Positions 58,145 to 64,000 of a stretch of 64,000 nt of DNA are shown in pieces. The stretch lies in the sequence record LC768500.1. The stretch is one strand, 5' to 3'. The first letter of the stretch is position 1. Each line of letters opens with the position of its first letter. The notes under the pieces were generated by a model. It was not told the origin of the DNA, made no database searches, and saw nothing but the letters and a program-made list of their open reading frames with translations. The position numbers and the translations under genes are program-made.

Positions 58145-58164
58145 TCTATATTACCATGATGTAA
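58145..58164 (+). promoter_or_regulatory. Putative early promoter
   Basis: Contains TATATTAC (phiKZ early-type motif) after a T-tract; paralogous to 1834-1853. Confidence 0.6.
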
Positions 58165-58195
58165 ACCTCGTATAAACTTTTTAGGAGCTAACATC

Positions 58196-58411
58196 ATGAA
58201 CAAGTTTAATGTTACCTTTATCCGTCACGACGATGCTCTGGTCGCTAACGTTCCTTGTGTCAACGAGGAAAAGGATGTGTTACTCGGAGGTGGGTTGGTC
58301 GATTCTCGTTTAGGTCATCTCGAAGTCGATATCAAAACGGGAACTCTCGTTCTCAGATCCAATTGCGCCAACGATTCACTTACGACGGAATGTCGCCTGC
58401 ATTACATTTAA
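58196..58411 (+). CDS. Small hypothetical protein
   Basis: TAGGAG RBS; promoter upstream and terminator downstream. Confidence 0.7.
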   Translation: MNKFNVTFIRHDDALVANVPCVNEEKDVLLGGGLVDSRLGHLEVDIKTGTLVLRSNCANDSLTTECRLHYI

Positions 58412-58414
58412 CAT

Positions 58415-58448
58415 TATACCCCTACGGCGTAATCGCCGTAGGGGTATA
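58415..58448. terminator. Bidirectional terminator
   Basis: TATACCCCTACGGCG-taat-CGCCGTAGGGGTATA (15 bp). Confidence 0.85.
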
Positions 58449-58456
58449 GTTTTTAT

Positions 58457-59065
58457 TTAGTTTCTAATGTAATCCACCAACGCTTCAAAATCACCGTCGT
58501 AGAAATACGGCTTAATTTTGATTAAAGAACAAGCCGCAGACAAAGTGTTTTCGTAACGATGAACGAATCGCTCAAAATACTCTCGGTTGAGAAGACGGGT
58601 TTCTTGATCATCTAAAGATACTCTTTTATTCCAAGCTCTATCTAAAAACGTATCATAATCGATTTTTACAAAGATAAGTTTATCGGGGTACATTTGGGTG
58701 TTGAATATTTTTAAAGCCTTTACGTTGCGTTCTATAACACTGTAAAGACCTATTCGACCATTACCCTGATAAACCGCAGTAGAAATAAAACAGCGATCGG
58801 AGATAACTGTCTTCCCTTGATTTAAAGCAGGAACAACAACTTTATCTCCTAACTCTATTCGCTGAGCAATAGCGAGATAAAGTTTTGCTTCTTCACAAAT
58901 CCCGTTATCGATAATGAGATTACGGATGGTTAACAAAGAGTCCGGAGACTTAGCCGGTTCTTCCACTTGAAGAACGTCGTAATTATCGGTCTTCAATCTC
59001 TCTGTTAGTTGTTTGGTTAAAGTTGACTTACCCGCTAAGTCCATGCCTTCGAGAACAATGTACAT
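58457..59065 (-). CDS. tmk: Thymidylate kinase
   Basis: IVLEGMDLAGKST P-loop, EEP, VISDRCFISTAVYQG. Confidence 0.92.
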   Translation of the reverse strand: MYIVLEGMDLAGKSTLTKQLTERLKTDNYDVLQVEEPAKSPDSLLTIRNLIIDNGICEEAKLYLAIAQRIELGDKVVVPALNQGKTVISDRCFISTAVYQGNGRIGLYSVIERNVKALKIFNTQMYPDKLIFVKIDYDTFLDRAWNKRVSLDDQETRLLNREYFERFVHRYENTLSAACSLIKIKPYFYDGDFEALVDYIRN

Positions 59066-59135
59066 AGTGAATTTCTCCTGTAGATTTTTATCACTATAAC
59101 TTATTTATAACCGTTTTAATTTAGGAGTTAGTATC

Positions 59136-59477
59136 ATGGCTGAACACAAGAATACCTTAAACGAAATAACAGGCGGAATGAAGCGAGGAGAGTTTTATTC
59201 TTTATCGGCGTCAACCCCTCCTGAAAAATCGGTCTTTCATAACACCTACAGTAATTCCGCTACACCTGAAAACAAAGTAGCGAGTATGAAACTTTTTATC
59301 TTCGATTATTACAACAATCTTAAACCGGATATGGTTTTCGCTTATAATCAAGAAGAAGCGATCGCCATGATCAAAGAAGCGGTGATTACGGGTCAACCAG
59401 ATAAATTTTATTCTTCGGTTAAAGAGATTGAAATTCCCGCAGATCCAGCTTACGTTCGTTACAATTCCGGAGAATAA
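59136..59477 (+). CDS. Hypothetical protein with DnaB-like P-loop fragment at the N-terminus
   Basis: TAGGAG RBS; LNEITGGMKRGEFYSLSASTPPEKSVF. Confidence 0.65.
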   Translation: MAEHKNTLNEITGGMKRGEFYSLSASTPPEKSVFHNTYSNSATPENKVASMKLFIFDYYNNLKPDMVFAYNQEEAIAMIKEAVITGQPDKFYSSVKEIEIPADPAYVRYNSGE

Positions 59478-59480
59478 AAA

Positions 59481-60407
59481 ATGGAAAAGAAAAAAGAACC
59501 ATCTTTGTCTAAATCAGACTTGCCTGAAAATATGCTAAGAACTCCGTTTGATCTTGTTGACGATTATCAAGAAAATAAAAAGGGTGTGGTTAAACTCGCC
59601 TTACCTAACGATCAACTCCCTACAGATGCGCTGGGTCGGACCCCTGACTTACGGTCGGACGGTTCTCCTGCTTTTAGAAGAGAAGATCTTTTTAAAGGTT
59701 TACGGGCCGTCGAAATAGCACCTGTACCAGAAAAATCATCGGACTCCGGTAATGTGCAGCAACAAAGAATTGAACTTCTGATCAAAAAGATAGCAGAGAT
59801 GTTCGATTGTTCTGAAGAACGGGCAGCTGGCATCGTAAAGGAAGCCCTGGCCCAAAGGAATATAGACCAAACGCTAGACAGTATGTTTGATAACATTAGT
59901 AAATTTCAGGAAATCGGGGTTGTAAATGGAATGCCTCCAAAACTCATCCCTCCCGCCTCTGGTGTCATGTGGATCAATCTAGTAGATCCGGCGACCGGAG
60001 AACCTATTAAGAGAGAAGATCTCGTTAAAGCAATGCAAGACGTCGATCTGGAAGAGGCATATCCGGGTACTCGTAAAACAAATCCTGAGCTATACCGGAC
60101 TTCACCTTATCCGACTCCCGAAGAGATGATTACTTCTCAGAACATCGGCATGGGTAAGTTGGTACACGTTACCGACAAATGGTTCTTCTATCGTCATCAC
60201 CAATTCCACAGCATTCATCACAAACGTCGTAAAGCACACTTCGATGAAATCAGTCTTATGCTGATTCGTTTTAACTGGGTTCAGTACAAAGAAGCGCTGC
60301 ATAAGAAGAAATATCATATCTTCGATAAGACCCCTCGGGCTAAGGCTGAACGTTTAGCACTTAAACGTTCCAGAGAAAAGATTAAATCAACTTTGATGAT
60401 TAGTTGA
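59481..60407 (+). CDS. Hypothetical protein
   Basis: GGAG RBS, 308 aa, basic His/Lys/Arg-rich C-terminus. Confidence 0.75.
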   Translation: MEKKKEPSLSKSDLPENMLRTPFDLVDDYQENKKGVVKLALPNDQLPTDALGRTPDLRSDGSPAFRREDLFKGLRAVEIAPVPEKSSDSGNVQQQRIELLIKKIAEMFDCSEERAAGIVKEALAQRNIDQTLDSMFDNISKFQEIGVVNGMPPKLIPPASGVMWINLVDPATGEPIKREDLVKAMQDVDLEEAYPGTRKTNPELYRTSPYPTPEEMITSQNIGMGKLVHVTDKWFFYRHHQFHSIHHKRRKAHFDEISLMLIRFNWVQYKEALHKKKYHIFDKTPRAKAERLALKRSREKIKSTLMIS

Positions 60408-60715
60408 GGTTAGGCGTGGAGATTCCATTAGTAAGTTCAGGGGTTGGGATACACGATAGGTATTACGAGATAATCAGATATGGCTTTAACGAGTGTTTAA
60501 ACGGATTGGATGACGAAAACAACCAAGCCAGTTACAAAGATTATCATGGCAATATTTTTACGGCATCCCGATTGAGACCTAACAATAGCTCTAACTTTAT
60601 TTATTCTTTCAGGGTAGGAGAACGAACCCTATTAACAGGTGTAACTGATCCAAGTGCGGTGGACTTAACGGAATACCGTAACCTTTTTAGGTTCATTAAA
60701 ATCAAAGGTTATTGA
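60404..60715 (+). CDS. Hypothetical protein
   Basis: Overlap-coupled in operon; start uncertain (TTG 60404 or GTG 60416). Confidence 0.6.
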   Translation: MRLGVEIPLVSSGVGIHDRYYEIIRYGFNECLNGLDDENNQASYKDYHGNIFTASRLRPNNSSNFIYSFRVGERTLLTGVTDPSAVDLTEYRNLFRFIKIKGY

Positions 60716-61149
60716 CGATGAATGAACAAACCACTTATAAATCAGGTTATCTCCCCATCCAACTCGAAGGGTGCTCTAAAGAACAACTCATTGACATCAA
60801 CGACCAGTTATTCAGCAGGCTTAAAGAACTTCGTAAAACCTATCTTCCGGGAGATTACGAAATCACCCTCATCACCGATATTCTGAAAGGCAAAGAACCC
60901 GAAAAGAATAGTTTCTTTTACAGTTTGGTCGGAACTCATACCACCCATCTGGGAGATCGTCTCGACTCAGAGTTTAAAATCAAATTAAATTCTGTGGCAA
61001 TTTTCCCTTACTCTTGGGTTCTCAGGGGTCATAAAGCCAGAAACGATAAAGATCCCGAAATTAAAAGATTGAAGAAACACCTCTTTCGTATTTATAAACA
61101 CAATCTTCATAAGCGGTCTAAATTCCATAAATTAAGGAAAGGTCAATGA
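60712..61149 (+). CDS. Hypothetical protein
   Basis: Coupled to upstream stop; ATG at 60718 probable. Confidence 0.65.
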   Translation: MTMNEQTTYKSGYLPIQLEGCSKEQLIDINDQLFSRLKELRKTYLPGDYEITLITDILKGKEPEKNSFFYSLVGTHTTHLGDRLDSEFKIKLNSVAIFPYSWVLRGHKARNDKDPEIKRLKKHLFRIYKHNLHKRSKFHKLRKGQ

Positions 61150-61466
61150 GAGCTTGTAAGCAACCCTTTACGATACATCGATACCCTAGTGTCGATAAGT
61201 TAATAAGCGAACCCGGGAACAAATCTCTGCTGTTATTGAGTTTCTTCAACTTAGAGATCAAAATCAAGAACGCAGAGCTTAGGGCCGTTAACAATCCATT
61301 TCCAGGAGATGTTTTCTTTACTGAGGAAGTCGGTAACGATAAAATTCTCTTAGTTGTCCGGTTTAACCTCGGTACCGGGGAACGTTACTACCAACTCAAT
61401 AATCTGGAATGGGTTGTTTGCACTAACTCTCTCACCGTGAGAGAACTCACTTTACTTTTAGGATAA
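61146..61466 (+). CDS. Hypothetical protein
   Basis: ATGA overlap; AAGGA RBS. Confidence 0.6.
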   Translation: MRACKQPFTIHRYPSVDKLISEPGNKSLLLLSFFNLEIKIKNAELRAVNNPFPGDVFFTEEVGNDKILLVVRFNLGTGERYYQLNNLEWVVCTNSLTVRELTLLLG

Positions 61467-61471
61467 TCATT

Positions 61472-61978
61472 ATGAACGATATTTTTGTTGTTGGTAAAGC
61501 AGAACAATCTGTTATTGATAAAGCACGCGCCTACAATAACCTCGTCAATGAAACCGATTTCGGAGACGGTAAAATCAAAACGGTTAACGAAGCTATCGTG
61601 CAGCGTCTGCTCTGTGAAGCAGAGGAGCTCGGTTTAGATATCGATCAAGAGCCGTTTGCTTCTCTGGGGAATCGCCAATTCACATTCTACCGCGTCCCGG
61701 AAGACGCTCATCTCATTCCATGGCATAACCATGTTTTCAACATCTGTCAAGTGGAAGACAAACTTCAGGCACGTGACGCTAAAATCGTCGCGATGACATT
61801 GAACGGATTTGACTACCAGATCGAGGTTGATTCGGAACGAGGAACTCGTACCTACTACCTTAACGGTCAACGTATTTGCGATTGCACCGGTACTCCGACG
61901 TTACAAGATTTCAAAGATCTCTTCTCCGAAGAACGTCGTCGTTATTTCCAGCGATTAGAGCAGACCCTTCGGGGTTAG
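61472..61978 (+). CDS. Hypothetical protein
   Basis: TAGGA RBS. Confidence 0.7.
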   Translation: MNDIFVVGKAEQSVIDKARAYNNLVNETDFGDGKIKTVNEAIVQRLLCEAEELGLDIDQEPFASLGNRQFTFYRVPEDAHLIPWHNHVFNICQVEDKLQARDAKIVAMTLNGFDYQIEVDSERGTRTYYLNGQRICDCTGTPTLQDFKDLFSEERRRYFQRLEQTLRG

Positions 61979-61986
61979 GAGTTGAG

Positions 61987-62481
61987 ATGGATAAGAAAGG
62001 TCAAGGTTCTCTTTACGGTAAACTCTCCTTTTTGGGTTTTCGCACCGGTGAAAACCCAAAGGAAGGTTTCGATCTCCTAGATTTCGTATGGGGGGGGGTG
62101 ACACCCGGTGAACTTTCCAATTCCGAAGTAATGGGGGTGTATTTAGATCCGTTCTCGCTTAAAGTAGAGAAAGTGGTGCTGAAGACGGGCGAAGAGGTAA
62201 TGACGGCCGGTTGTACTCTAAACTACTCGGGTATAGCCGCTAATCACACAAGTCATATCTACCATGTCCGGGCGGAGGTCTATGGAAGGGGTAATTGCAA
62301 CTTCGGATTAATTTATGATCACGAAACTGAGAAACTCCATTTCATTGAACGCAGTGATATTGACATCAAAGAAAGTGAGGAGCTTCAACACACAACTATT
62401 GAAAAACTCATACTTTCTTACGACGTGGTAAAATTCGAAGGTAGTCCGCAAGAATACATCGAATTTATGAAAACCCGTTAA
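61987..62481 (+). CDS. Hypothetical protein with G9 tract
   Basis: TAGGAG RBS before ATG 61987 (track start 61876 overlaps the previous gene). Confidence 0.7.
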   Translation: MDKKGQGSLYGKLSFLGFRTGENPKEGFDLLDFVWGGVTPGELSNSEVMGVYLDPFSLKVEKVVLKTGEEVMTAGCTLNYSGIAANHTSHIYHVRAEVYGRGNCNFGLIYDHETEKLHFIERSDIDIKESEELQHTTIEKLILSYDVVKFEGSPQEYIEFMKTR

Positions 62482-62488
62482 AACCAAC

Positions 62489-62523
62489 TATACCCTCCTC
62501 CCCGATAAGGGGAGGAGAGTATA
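62489..62523. terminator. Bidirectional terminator
   Basis: TATACCCTCCTCCCC-gataa-GGGGAGGAGAGTATA (one mismatch) plus T-tract. Confidence 0.8.
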
Positions 62524-62540
62524 ACTTATTTTTTTTTTTC

Positions 62541-64000
62541 TTACCGGTAGGCGTCTTTAGTCAGCGTTCGTAAAACGATATACAGCATCAGACTCGTTCT
62601 TAATGAACTTACTGTAATTCGGGTTTTTATCCCCGTCAGTTGTCTGACAATGTCATCGCCTTCATCTCGCATCTTAAAGACACTTTGGTTTTGACTACGG
62701 CTACTGAGGTACGCGCCCCGCATTCGACGTAACACTTCTCTCAGGTCGTTAGCCCGAATGCCGTTTTCCGTTAAGTATTCGAACAGGTGGGTGGTAACTT
62801 CGTCGACGAACTCTCTGTACTTAGCTCCCTTCGGCGAGTTATACTGATCGGGGAATACCCGGATAATTCGCTCCAGTTTATCCCTGGGAGAGTTGTCAAT
62901 GGCTTCCGCAGCGTAACCTACCAGCTCGTCCTTGTAAAAGCCCGCAGAAGAACTGAGGACGTTTTGGATGTAGTTTTTATACTGAGTAACGTTCTTCGTC
63001 ACCTCTCGTACACTCACTCCATCTTCCAGCGTGACCATCCCGCCGTCCAATCTGACGATATTCGTTTTCGATTTCACTTCATGGAAAACTTTGTTAATGT
63101 CGTTGATCACGCCTCTGAGTCGATCCTGGATATCACCGACCATGTAAATGATTTTCTTATCATCATCCATGGTGGTAAACGTTTTATAGTGAATCCCTGT
63201 TTTGGGATCTAAAATAAACTCGGCTCTAGCTCGAATTAACGCCATCCAACTACCGTAACGTTTGATATCATAACGCATACTTAAACGGTTATAGGTTTCC
63301 ATGGCGATCTCTTTCTTCGCCAGGTACTTATAATCGTTCGCCATAATACTCGTCAAACATTTGTAATGGTACATCGCTAAGATGTTAACCATCGCATTGT
63401 GTTTAACGCGATCATGGAGATCGCTATGAAACGTCCGGTACAGCAGGTAAACGATGCTTAGGTTAAATACGTCACCGGTCACTTTCCAGGTCGCATTGAT
63501 CAGTTTACAGGCGTGGAGGTTTTCTCGTAATTCTTCTTCGTCGACATCGAAGATTTCAGTGAACCAGCGATTTCTGTCTTCTGATGTGAAAACGATTCGG
63601 TGGATACCCAAATAGGGATTTCCGAAGAATTCCACGTACTGTTCGTTCTTGGTGGTAAACCCAATGACATACCGAGTTAATCTATCGGCCCAACGGTTAT
63701 CGATTTCTAAATCGTGTCCGAATGCGTTAAACACACCGAGTATCGCGTGATCGGTATTGAAATTGTAGTTGGGCAGCAGGGCTTCAAAACCAGATATCCC
63801 AAATGTTTTTTGAAGGAGTTTTTCGATTCCCTTGTCGGGAGTAATCTCTTCGAACATTTTGACTTCAGGTTCGGCGTCGTACATCCCGTCTTCGACCAAC
63901 ATCGGATCGCCGCTTAAAATCCCGCTAGGATCAAATACAGGCAGTCCAGAAAGTTTATCGAACCATTGACGGTCGTCATTCTGAAAATAGCTCTCAGAGC
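62541..64000 (-). CDS. Conserved phiKZ-like core protein, probably 5'-truncated by the window edge
   Basis: Frame stays open upstream of ATG 63902 to the window end; FFGNPYLGIHR, WKVTGDVFNLS and MRYDIKRYGSW motifs. Confidence 0.65.
   Translation of the reverse strand, partial: SESYFQNDDRQWFDKLSGLPVFDPSGILSGDPMLVEDGMYDAEPEVKMFEEITPDKGIEKLLQKTFGISGFEALLPNYNFNTDHAILGVFNAFGHDLEIDNRWADRLTRYVIGFTTKNEQYVEFFGNPYLGIHRIVFTSEDRNRWFTEIFDVDEEELRENLHACKLINATWKVTGDVFNLSIVYLLYRTFHSDLHDRVKHNAMVNILAMYHYKCLTSIMANDYKYLAKKEIAMETYNRLSMRYDIKRYGSWMALIRARAEFILDPKTGIHYKTFTTMDDDKKIIYMVGDIQDRLRGVINDINKVFHEVKSKTNIVRLDGGMVTLEDGVSVREVTKNVTQYKNYIQNVLSSSAGFYKDELVGYAAEAIDNSPRDKLERIIRVFPDQYNSPKGAKYREFVDEVTTHLFEYLTENGIRANDLREVLRRMRGAYLSSRSQNQSVFKMRDEGDDIVRQLTGIKTRITVSSLRTSLMLYIVLRTLTKDAYR

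Noticed and set aside
1-64000. CRISPR array, tRNA or rRNA genes; chimallin, PhuZ or non-virion RNAP genes
   Set aside because: The hairpins are dispersed singletons, not repeat-spacer arrays; no cloverleaf or recognisable motifs were seen. This was a visual check only.

Overview
64 kb from a phiKZ-like (Chimalliviridae-type) jumbo myophage. Orthologue names below rest on motif recognition and recalled gene order, not database searches. The core comprises thymidine and thymidylate kinases, an SF2 helicase, an RNase H-like protein, UvsX, three virion RNA polymerase genes (beta' N-terminal part, beta N-terminal part, beta C-terminal part), a 2268-aa tail/tape-measure protein with a GH19 muramidase, a modular endolysin, prohead protease, tail tube, tail sheath, baseplate-region genes and large terminase. 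Clusters of small accessory ORFs lie between them. Essential genes carry many selfish elements: an ORF-less group I intron splitting the catalytic DFD^GD of vRNAP beta', a group I intron with an HNH gene in vRNAP beta, and a class-3-type LAGLIDADG intein starting with Leu in the terminase Walker A. There are also three free-standing HNH genes. At least two of these sit inside the end of a host gene with no intron: a dead copy of the gene terminus lies on one side and a recoded working terminus on the other (tdk N-terminus; HQQFPR C-terminus of a tail gene). Two HNH genes also have an RBS-occluding hairpin with a late-promoter-like TATG in the loop. Other oddities are a stand-alone 46-aa peptide matching the ribonucleotide reductase redox tail (CEGGACKI) and a three-way-junction RNA leader. 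No tRNA, rRNA or CRISPR array was seen.
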